Source of the DNA: Bacteroidia bacterium
GTDB lineage: Bacteria; Bacteroidota; Bacteroidia; Bacteroidales; VadinHA17
Assembly (NCBI GenBank): GCA_026391475.1
Contig: JAPLED010000065.1
Coordinates: 38,702 to 102,701, forward strand
Length of the DNA: 64,000 nucleotides
Direction: 5' to 3'
Below are positions 39,386 through 48,751 of this stretch, in pieces (within the stretch, counting starts at the first letter, position 1; the number at the start of each line of letters is the position of its first letter). The notes under the pieces are model-generated. The model did no database searches and was not told where the DNA came from. It saw nothing but the letters and a program-made list of their open reading frames with translations. The position numbers and the translations under genes were made by a program.

Positions 39386-39393
39386 TATTTTTG
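39386..39393 (+). promoter_or_regulatory. Candidate -7 box TATTTTTG upstream of the ABC-F gene
   Basis: The sequence fits TAnnTTTG and lies 56 nt upstream of the ATG at 39449. Confidence 0.35.
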
Positions 39394-39436
39394 CAGGCTT
39401 TTAACAGCAGTACCGGTTAATTTCAATTTTCTTTAG

Positions 39437-41059
<1,623 letters not shown>

Positions 41060-41182
41060 AGTTTTTTATTAAATGACTATCGGTATTGATTAATAAAACC
41101 AGAAAATTTTTGAGTAAGGTTGGTTTTGAGATGGTTTAAAAATAACATGTTTTGGACTAAAGTCCACAATCAACTCATTATC

Positions 41183-41273
41183 AATAATCCCGGACTTAAG
41201 TCAGGGATTATTCAGCAACCTTAAAAATCGGGCTTTCCGCGTGCCGCTGAAGCTTCAGCGGAGGCGCAAGCCC
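41183..41273. repeat. Two strong palindromic hairpins in the ABC-F / epimerase intergenic region
   Basis: AATAATCCCgGACTT|AAGTCaGGGATTATT (41183-41212) is a 30-nt near-perfect palindrome. GGGCTT..GCG..CCGCTGAAGCTTCAGCGG..CGC.AAGCCC (41230-41273) is a nested palindrome followed by T-rich sequence. Confidence 0.65.
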
Positions 41274-41526
41274 TTAATTCTTCTTTATTCTTGATTCCTG
41301 ACACTCATATTTTATTATTCTATAAATCCTTCCAAAGGGTTGTCTTAAAAACCCCTTTTTAACCACAGTAAAACCATTGCGATCTTTGCAGTTAATGTTT
41401 TTTCTTTTCCTTCTCTGATAAAAATTTATTTCTGAAAATTAGTTGCATGGCAAAAAAATTATTACCTTTATTTATTAAAGTAATCGCGAAAGTTACCGTG
41501 TAAGTAAATATTTAATTTTTTGTTTT

Positions 41527-42528
41527 ATGAAGAAGATCGTAGTTGCCGGAGCAGGAGGTTTTATTGGCGGGCACCTTGTTAAAGAGTTGGTTAAAGCAGG
41601 ACAGCAGGTTAGAGCTGTTGATCTTAAACCCCTGAATGAATGGTACCAGGTTTCACCTGATGCTGATAATCTTGTCCTTGACCTCAGGCTCAGAGATAAC
41701 TGCTATCAGGCAGTGAACGGGTGTCATGAAGTCTTTAATCTTGCTGCCGATATGGGTGGCATGGGCTTCATAGAAAATAATAAAGCCGCCTGCATGATCA
41801 GCGTTTTGATCAATACCCACCTTCTTATTGCGTCAAAAGATTGCGGTATCGAGAGATTTTTCTATGCATCTTCTGCCTGCGTCTATAACGGTGAAAAACA
41901 GACCGATCCTGATAACCCCGGACTAAAAGAATCTGATGCTTATCCTGCATTGGCAGAAGATGGTTACGGGTGGGAAAAACTGTTCAGCGAACGCATGTGC
42001 CGTCATTTTTCAGAAGATTTCGGGCTGACAACCAGGATAGCAAGGTTTCACAATGTTTATGGACCTTCTGGTACTTTTGACGGTGGCCGGGAAAAAGCAC
42101 CTGCAGCAATCTGCCGTAAAGTGATTGAAGCAGGTATTACCGGGAATAAAGAGATCGTGATCTGGGGCGATGGTCTTCAGACTAGAAGTTTTATGTATAT
42201 TGACGATTGCATAAAGGGAATACAAGATATTATGTACAGTAATATCGAAGAACCTATCAACCTGGGAAGCAGTGAGATGGTATCGATAAACGTACTTGTC
42301 GATATTGTTGAAGATATTGCAGGGTATAAGCTTAAAAGGATATATGATCTGAAAGCTCCGAAAGGAGTAAGGGGGCGTAACTCTGAAAATACTCTTATAA
42401 AGAAATACCTTGGATGGGAGCCCTCAATACACCTCAGAAATGGGATGAAAAAAACATACGATTGGATAAGCGTGCAGGTTGTTAACGAGAACAGGAGTAA
42501 AAAAGGGGTTAATCGCTTCAATAAATAA
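41527..42528 (+). CDS. Extended-SDR NDP-sugar epimerase, GDP-mannose 3,5-epimerase-like
   Basis: 333 aa. It has GAGGFIGGH (Rossmann motif), YASSACVY and YGWEK (YxxxK). The long block RFHNVYGPSGTFDGGREKAPAAICRK, together with AADMGGMGFI, is what I recognise from GDP-mannose 3,5-epimerases. Confidence 0.72.
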   Translation: MKKIVVAGAGGFIGGHLVKELVKAGQQVRAVDLKPLNEWYQVSPDADNLVLDLRLRDNCYQAVNGCHEVFNLAADMGGMGFIENNKAACMISVLINTHLLIASKDCGIERFFYASSACVYNGEKQTDPDNPGLKESDAYPALAEDGYGWEKLFSERMCRHFSEDFGLTTRIARFHNVYGPSGTFDGGREKAPAAICRKVIEAGITGNKEIVIWGDGLQTRSFMYIDDCIKGIQDIMYSNIEEPINLGSSEMVSINVLVDIVEDIAGYKLKRIYDLKAPKGVRGRNSENTLIKKYLGWEPSIHLRNGMKKTYDWISVQVVNENRSKKGVNRFNK

Positions 42529-42541
42529 GTCACATCTGTTG

Positions 42542-43678
42542 ATGAAAAACAAAAAGGTCCTGGTCAGCGGCTGTTATGACCTGCTTCATGGCGGGCATAT
42601 AGCTTTTTTCAAAACAGCTTCATCTTATGGGGATTTATACGTCAGTATCGGCAGAGATGAAAATCTTCTCTTTCTGAAAGGAAAGAAACCGGTTTTTTCT
42701 GAGGATGAACGGTTATATATCGTAAAGTCGATTAAATATGTTTATAATACTTTCCTTGCCTCAGGAACAGGAATGCTCGATTTTGAACCGGACATGAAGA
42801 AGATAAAGCCAGATATATTTGTTGTTAACCACGATGGCCATACTCCTGAGAAAGAGAATCTTTGTAAAAAACTGGGAGTAGAATATATTATACTGGAGCG
42901 TATTCCGGAACCGGGATTGCCGGCACAATCGAGTTCCGGAACAAAAAGGGATATGAAGTTCCCTTACAGGTTATGCCTTGCAGGTGGCTGGATTGATCAG
43001 CCATGGGTATCAAAGATGCATCCGGGATCGGTAGTCGTTGCGCAGATCTGGCCAACTATGGATTTTAACGACAGGTCGGGTCTGGCTACGAGTTCAAGGA
43101 AAGTCGGGATACAGATCTGGGGCGACAGATACCCCGACGGTGACCATGAACAAAATGCAAGGTTGTTGTTCGGAGCCGAAAATCCTCCCGGTAAAGTGTA
43201 TGTCTCCGGGTCGCAGGATCAGATCGGACTATTATACCCCGGTATAAACAGGCTATATTATAACGGCGGATATTGGCCTGAGAGAATCGAATCAACAACT
43301 GAAAAAGATATCTGCGACTGGCTTTCAGATATTCTTCACCTTGTTCCGCTTGAACCTCGTCCTGAAGGGTATGATCCGCTGAAAGTTATGCACTTGGAAA
43401 AACCTTTGATCAGAGAACTGGGTGAGGCAGGTGATCTGTGTTGGGAGGCTATCCTTAAAAAAGATGTTAACGGCCTGGGAAAAGCATTGACCAATACTCT
43501 TCTTTCATGGAAAAAAATATTGCCTCTCACAGTACCTGACTGGGTGATGAAAGAGATGGAGTCAAAATATTTTCCGAATTATCCGGGTGCAATTACCTCC
43601 GGAAGCGGAGGAGGTTATGTTATTGTCGTTTCGGAAACGAAAATCGAAGGATCTATTAAAATAAAAATCAGATACTAA
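42542..43678 (+). CDS. Fusion protein: N-terminal cytidylyltransferase-fold nucleotidyltransferase + C-terminal GHMP-kinase-like domain
   Basis: 378 aa from the ATG at 42542; the track ORF starts at an upstream TTG overlapping the epimerase. VLVSGCYDLLHGGHIAFF carries the HxGH nucleotidyltransferase signature. DRSGLATSS resembles GHMP motif II, and TSGSGGGYVIVV resembles GHMP motif III. Confidence 0.6.
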   Translation: MKNKKVLVSGCYDLLHGGHIAFFKTASSYGDLYVSIGRDENLLFLKGKKPVFSEDERLYIVKSIKYVYNTFLASGTGMLDFEPDMKKIKPDIFVVNHDGHTPEKENLCKKLGVEYIILERIPEPGLPAQSSSGTKRDMKFPYRLCLAGGWIDQPWVSKMHPGSVVVAQIWPTMDFNDRSGLATSSRKVGIQIWGDRYPDGDHEQNARLLFGAENPPGKVYVSGSQDQIGLLYPGINRLYYNGGYWPERIESTTEKDICDWLSDILHLVPLEPRPEGYDPLKVMHLEKPLIRELGEAGDLCWEAILKKDVNGLGKALTNTLLSWKKILPLTVPDWVMKEMESKYFPNYPGAITSGSGGGYVIVVSETKIEGSIKIKIRY

Positions 43679-43697
43679 TATTTTAAATCTAACAACC

Positions 43698-45215
43698 ATG
43701 AAATTAAATCTCTTTAGAAAATGTAGTTTGCTGATTCTGTTAGTTGCAGGAATAGCTTTTTCTATTTCAGCTCAGCAGCCAAAACCTCCGGTTGCAGAAA
43801 GACCTTACAAACCTACTGACGAGTCACTCAGGCAATATCAATATCCTGAGTGGTTCCGTGATGCCAAATTTGGTATATGGTCGCACTGGGGACCTCAGGC
43901 AGTACCACGTCAGGGCGACTGGTATGCCAAAAGGCTTTATCAGGAAGGAAGTCCGGGTTATAAATACCATGTCGAGCATTACGGACATCCCTCCGAATTC
44001 GGTTACAAGGATATTATTCCACTCTGGAAAGCAGAGAGATGGGATCCTGAAAAACTGATGGAACTCTATAAAAAAACAGGTGCAAAATACTTTGTCAGCA
44101 TGGGCACTCATCACGATAATTTTTTTCTGTGGAACTCAAAGCTCAATAACTGGAATTCTGTTAATATGGGCCCGAAGAAAGATGTTGTCGCACTCTGGCA
44201 GCAGGCAGCAAAAAAGCAGGGTCTCAAATTCGGAGTTTCAGAGCACCTGGGTGCCAGTTACACATGGTTCCAGACTTCCCATGGCGCTGATAAGCAAGGA
44301 CCTAAGGCCGGTGTTCCATACGATGGTGCAAACCTCGATTATCAGGATCTGTATCACGCAAATGCTACACCGGATGATAAGGATTGGCTGACTAAGAACC
44401 CGGCATTTCAACTGGAATGGTATAGAAGCATTAAAGAGCTGGTAGATAACTATCAACCTGATCTTCTTTATTCAGACAGCAAGATGCCATTCGAAGATGT
44501 GGGACGCACACTTATATCGCTTTTTTATAATCAGGATATTACAAAAAATAATGGAAAACTCGAAGCTGTCTATACCTGCAAACAACCATCCGGTGGCTTG
44601 TGGGTTGAGGATGTTGAACGTGGTGTAAAAGACACAATCATCCAGTACCCTTGGCAGACAGACACATCTATCGGCGACTGGTATTACCGGACCGGTCAGA
44701 AATATAAAACCGGTACCGAAGTGATACAGATGCTGGTAGATATTGTGAGCAAGAATGGCAACCTGCTGATCAATGTTGTACAGACACCTGAAGGCGACCT
44801 CGAACCCGACATGCTTGCTATCCTTGAAGAGATTGGCGTCTGGACAAACGCAAACGGTGAAGGAATTTATGGTTCACGTCCCTGGAAAATCTATGGGGAG
44901 AAACCATCAAACACACCGGTTGCTAAGCGCGGAAGATTCGATGAGAACTATAAATTTACTTCAAAAGATATCCGCTTTACAACAAAAGGCAACACTCTTT
45001 ATGCATTTTGTCTGGGAAAACCTGAAACCGACGTGATGATTAAATCTCTCGCAAAATCCTCAAAATTAGCCGATAAGGCCATAGCTTCCGTTACCATGGT
45101 TGGCAGTAAGGAGAAAATCAGCTGGAAACAGTCAGCTGATGCTCTCACGATTAAAAAACCGGCAAATATGCCAACATGGCAAGTTATTGCTTTTAAAATC
45201 GAGTTCAAAAAATAA
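43698..45215 (+). CDS. Alpha-L-fucosidase family GH29, secreted
   Basis: 505 aa with a signal peptide. The signature is AKFGIWSHWGPQAVP, followed by a C-terminal beta-sandwich. It starts 19 nt after the preceding gene. Confidence 0.85.
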   Translation: MKLNLFRKCSLLILLVAGIAFSISAQQPKPPVAERPYKPTDESLRQYQYPEWFRDAKFGIWSHWGPQAVPRQGDWYAKRLYQEGSPGYKYHVEHYGHPSEFGYKDIIPLWKAERWDPEKLMELYKKTGAKYFVSMGTHHDNFFLWNSKLNNWNSVNMGPKKDVVALWQQAAKKQGLKFGVSEHLGASYTWFQTSHGADKQGPKAGVPYDGANLDYQDLYHANATPDDKDWLTKNPAFQLEWYRSIKELVDNYQPDLLYSDSKMPFEDVGRTLISLFYNQDITKNNGKLEAVYTCKQPSGGLWVEDVERGVKDTIIQYPWQTDTSIGDWYYRTGQKYKTGTEVIQMLVDIVSKNGNLLINVVQTPEGDLEPDMLAILEEIGVWTNANGEGIYGSRPWKIYGEKPSNTPVAKRGRFDENYKFTSKDIRFTTKGNTLYAFCLGKPETDVMIKSLAKSSKLADKAIASVTMVGSKEKISWKQSADALTIKKPANMPTWQVIAFKIEFKK

Positions 45216-45484
45216 ACTTCTTAGGGTAATCCACGGGTGTCGCAATTCTTTGCGGCACCTATTACTGTAACAGTACCTGCTGACTGTCCATGACCATTCT
45301 ACATCTCACACATTCACCCCTTCACCTAATTCTTTTCCTTTCATCACTTCAGTATACTTATAAGATAAATCCTAACCTCTTTTCAACTTTGTATTATAAA
45401 AAAATGTAAATTTAAATATTGAAATTGAGCTTAATTTACTTTAAAACCTTTATAACCTTAACTAATATTTAATTCTGAAACAAA

Positions 45485-46846
45485 ATGACAAAGAGAAGAG
45501 AATTTATCAAAAAAAGCATTTTAGGAACTGCCGGAATAGCCATTGGCGGTATGGGCTTAAGTTCCAGATCATATGCTTCAATCATCGGTGCCAATGACAG
45601 GCTTAACCTGGCAGTAATTGGTATCCGCGGCCAGGGGGGTACACACATCAACAGCTGGTGCAGCCTTAAAGAGAGCAAGAATATTCGCCTGAAAACCCTC
45701 TGCGATGCTGATGAACAGTATTTTGCAGCAAAGGTAAAAACAGTTGTTGACAAAACAGGAGAGACCCCAACAACTACATGGGATATGCGTAAAGTGTTTG
45801 AAGACAAAGAAATAGACGCAGTATCGATGGCTATCCCAAATCACTGGCATGCACTTGGTACAATTTGGGCCTGTCAGGCCGGTAAACATGTTTATGTTGA
45901 AAAGCCCGCTACTTATGGTGTTTTTGAAGGCCGGAAAATGGTCCAGGCAGCCCGGAAATACAATGTCCGGGTACAGGCCGGTACACAAAACCGATCGATC
46001 CCCGGTGTTATGCAGGCTATGAAGTTCCTGCATGATGGAGGTATCGGTGAGGTGTTTATGTCAAAAGGTCAATGCTATAAACCACGTGATTCTTTCGGAA
46101 TTGCAAAAGATAGTACACCTCCTGAAACACTTCATTATGAATATTGGTTAGGTCCGGCTCCATACAGACCATATAACGAAAAACATGTACATTATAACTG
46201 GCACTGGTTCTGGGCTACAGGAGGTGGTGACACTGCTAATCAGGGTCCTCACCAGTTTGATATTGCCCGCTGGGGACTCAATAAGAACGAACACCCGGTT
46301 TCAATATTCTCAATGGGTGGTCTTTACGGAATAAATCCGGCTGAATGCGAACAGGAGACACCCAATACACAAACATCATTGTTTAGGTACAAGGATGGAA
46401 AAATGCTGGAATTTGAAACGCGTGGGCGTTATACAAATGGTGAATCAAGTATGGATATCCGGATTGGAAACACTTTTTATGGTACTGAAGGGTACCTCGA
46501 ACTTGATGGCGGCCAGTGGAAAGCTTTTCGCAAGCGCGAAAACAAACCTTTTGCAGGTTCCGATGTTGGTGAAAGACCTACCGATGTTATGGCAGCCCCC
46601 GGTGGATCAAGTCATTATGGTAATTTTATTGATGCAATACGTTCGGGTAAGAATGATGACTTGCATTGCGATATACTTGAAGGATTTATGTCTGCTGCGC
46701 TTCCTGCACTTGCCAATATTTCATACCGTCTGGGTCGTGAGTTAATATTTGACGGTACGAAAGAAAAGTTTGTTGAAGACCCCCAGGCAGATAAAATGCT
46801 GACAAGAGAGTACCGTAAACCTTATGTTGTTAATGATGAGGTTTAA
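45485..46846 (+). CDS. Gfo/Idh/MocA-family NAD(P) oxidoreductase with a twin-arginine signal
   Basis: 453 aa. MTKRREFIKKSILGTAGIAIGG is the TAT motif. LNLAVIGIRGQGGTH is the Rossmann start, and the EKP motif appears in VYVEKPAT. Confidence 0.85.
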   Translation: MTKRREFIKKSILGTAGIAIGGMGLSSRSYASIIGANDRLNLAVIGIRGQGGTHINSWCSLKESKNIRLKTLCDADEQYFAAKVKTVVDKTGETPTTTWDMRKVFEDKEIDAVSMAIPNHWHALGTIWACQAGKHVYVEKPATYGVFEGRKMVQAARKYNVRVQAGTQNRSIPGVMQAMKFLHDGGIGEVFMSKGQCYKPRDSFGIAKDSTPPETLHYEYWLGPAPYRPYNEKHVHYNWHWFWATGGGDTANQGPHQFDIARWGLNKNEHPVSIFSMGGLYGINPAECEQETPNTQTSLFRYKDGKMLEFETRGRYTNGESSMDIRIGNTFYGTEGYLELDGGQWKAFRKRENKPFAGSDVGERPTDVMAAPGGSSHYGNFIDAIRSGKNDDLHCDILEGFMSAALPALANISYRLGRELIFDGTKEKFVEDPQADKMLTREYRKPYVVNDEV

Positions 46847-47032
46847 GTTGATCTTGTACTTGTTTTGATAAATTAATTTGCAGGTTATGAAAGTACAATC
46901 ATTATCTATTGTACTGTGTGTTCTTGTTTTATCCATTTAATCGTCGATTCTAGTACTCATTTAACTGATTCTGAGGTTAATGCTTATGCAGATGATTTCA
47001 TTAAAAGGTATTAATAAAAAACAATATAGAAA

Positions 47033-47794
47033 ATGGAAAATCAAAACAATAACAGACGCAGTTTTATTAAAAAAGCCGCTTTGGGCGGATTAATGGCAGT
47101 CAGTATTCCCGAAATACTGTCAGCTGCAATGGTTTCCGAAGGAGGAAAGAAAAATACTTTAATGAAAGATAACGTCATCCTTTTCCAAGGTGACTCAATA
47201 ACAGATTCCGGCAGAAACAAAGAGGATAATTCTTACAACAATGCAAGAGCTCTTGGCTCGGGTTACCCTATGCTGGCAGGTGCTACACTTCTGGAAAAAT
47301 ATGCATCGCTGAATCTTAAAGTATATAATAAAGGTATTTCAGGGAATAAAGTATATCAGTTGGCTGAACGATGGGATAAAGATTGTCTCGATCTTAAACC
47401 TGATGTTCTAAGTATCCTGATCGGGGTTAATGATATCTGGCATAAACTGAACGGACAATACAATGGTACTGTTGAGATCTATAAAAAAGACTATATCGCT
47501 CTCCTTGAAAGAACAAAAAAGGCGCTGCCCAATGTGAAACTTATTATCTGTGAGCCATTTGCAGTGCGGGGAGTAAAAGCAGTTGATGATAAATGGTACC
47601 CTGAATTCTATGACTATCAGAAAGCTGCTAAAGATATTGCCACACAATTCGGAGCAACCTTCGTTCCCTATCAGAAAATATATGATGAGGCACAGAAACA
47701 GGCACCGGGTGCTTATTGGACAGGTGATGGTGTTCACCCTTCCCTGGCTGGAGCCCAACTGATGGCACAGGCATGGCTTACAGCTATAAAGTGA
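47033..47794 (+). CDS. SGNH/GDSL hydrolase (carbohydrate esterase-like) with a TAT-like signal
   Basis: 253 aa. NNRRSFIKKAALGG is the TAT-like motif. The four SGNH blocks are present: block I LFQGDSITDSG, block II GISGN, block III IGVNDI and block V DGVHPS. Confidence 0.82.
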   Translation: MENQNNNRRSFIKKAALGGLMAVSIPEILSAAMVSEGGKKNTLMKDNVILFQGDSITDSGRNKEDNSYNNARALGSGYPMLAGATLLEKYASLNLKVYNKGISGNKVYQLAERWDKDCLDLKPDVLSILIGVNDIWHKLNGQYNGTVEIYKKDYIALLERTKKALPNVKLIICEPFAVRGVKAVDDKWYPEFYDYQKAAKDIATQFGATFVPYQKIYDEAQKQAPGAYWTGDGVHPSLAGAQLMAQAWLTAIK

Positions 47795-47876
47795 TTTCTT
47801 TGTGTAAGGCACTAAGTTTAACTTCGTTGAGGGCTTCGCCGTTCACAAAGCTGGATTTTAATCTAATTCTTATTAC

Positions 47877-48668
47877 ATGAGACAAAATTGGTTGTTCTTT
47901 GGGCTGTTTACTCTTGCTATTTTATCTGTGGCCGCTAAGAAAGGTCTTAATTCTTCAGTATTCGATTGGGAAAATGTTAAGGCTAAAAAGGAAAGCTCTG
48001 GTGAAGTCAGGAGTTTCTTAAAAAGTCCTACCCGAAGCCTGAAAATGTTTGAAATAAAAGCTATTACATTATATCCAAGTAAGGATGCTCAGGGATATAG
48101 TGTTGAGAAAGGGTTAAATGAATTGATTATCATAAAAGAAGGCGTTGCTGAAATCAGTATAAATGATGAGCGAAGAGTTCTCGGTGAAGGAAGTGTAGTT
48201 GTCGTGTCAGAAGGCGATAACGTGGAAATAACGAATACACAAAATACAAATGCAGTGTATTACTCATTCCGTTTTAAACCTTATCAAAAGGAAGGTCAGA
48301 ATAAGACGATAAAAATGATTTCTCCTGTATTCATTGACTGGAATAAAATTGAATTTGTAACATCTGCTAATGGCGGAAGACGCAATATTATGCAGCAACA
48401 AACTGCTATGCTGAAGGAACTTGAGATTCATGTTACAACTCTTAAAGAAGGATTACCAAGCCATAATGCACATGTTCATCCGGATGAGGAAATTATTCTG
48501 GTACGAAAGGGATTTGTTGAAGAGACCATTAAAGGAAAACCATACAGGCTGGGACCAGGATCTGTAATCTTCTTAACCAATGATGATCTTCATGGTATAA
48601 GCAATGCCGGAACAGGTCAGTGTGAATATTATGCAATCAGGTGGCTGACAGAAATGCCGGCAAAATAG
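47877..48668 (+). CDS. Secreted bicupin protein
   Basis: 263 aa with a signal peptide. The C-terminal cupin has intact motifs (HNAHVHPDEEIILVRKG and GPGSVIFLTNDDLHGISN). The N-terminal cupin lacks the His ligands. Confidence 0.68.
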   Translation: MRQNWLFFGLFTLAILSVAAKKGLNSSVFDWENVKAKKESSGEVRSFLKSPTRSLKMFEIKAITLYPSKDAQGYSVEKGLNELIIIKEGVAEISINDERRVLGEGSVVVVSEGDNVEITNTQNTNAVYYSFRFKPYQKEGQNKTIKMISPVFIDWNKIEFVTSANGGRRNIMQQQTAMLKELEIHVTTLKEGLPSHNAHVHPDEEIILVRKGFVEETIKGKPYRLGPGSVIFLTNDDLHGISNAGTGQCEYYAIRWLTEMPAK

Positions 48669-48681
48669 TAACTGAAGTACT

Positions 48682-48701
48682 ACTGTTAATTAATTAACAG
48701 T
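48682..48701. repeat. Perfect 20-nt AT-rich palindrome ACTGTTAATTAATTAACAGT
   Basis: I read this directly from the sequence. It lies 14 nt after the cupin stop codon and 50 nt before the next ATG. Confidence 0.7.
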
Positions 48702-48751
48702 TAATTTTGATTTAATTCAATTCGCATTTAATCAATTAATTATATAAAAGC

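Noticed and set aside
42479-42541. The TTG-initiated extension of the nucleotidyltransferase/GHMP fusion ORF, which overlaps the epimerase gene.
   Set aside because: The conserved nucleotidyltransferase N-terminus (KKVLVSGCYDLLHGGH) starts right after the ATG at 42542. The extension overlaps the last 50 nt of the upstream gene.
46887-47010. A 17-aa hydrophobic mini-ORF (MKVQSLSIVLCVLVLSI) followed, in the -1 frame, by an open stretch ending ...THLTDSEVNAYADDFIKRY. This could be a frameshifted small secreted protein.
   Set aside because: It needs an assumed frameshift, has no family resemblance, and the combined product would be only ~43 aa. It is too speculative to call.
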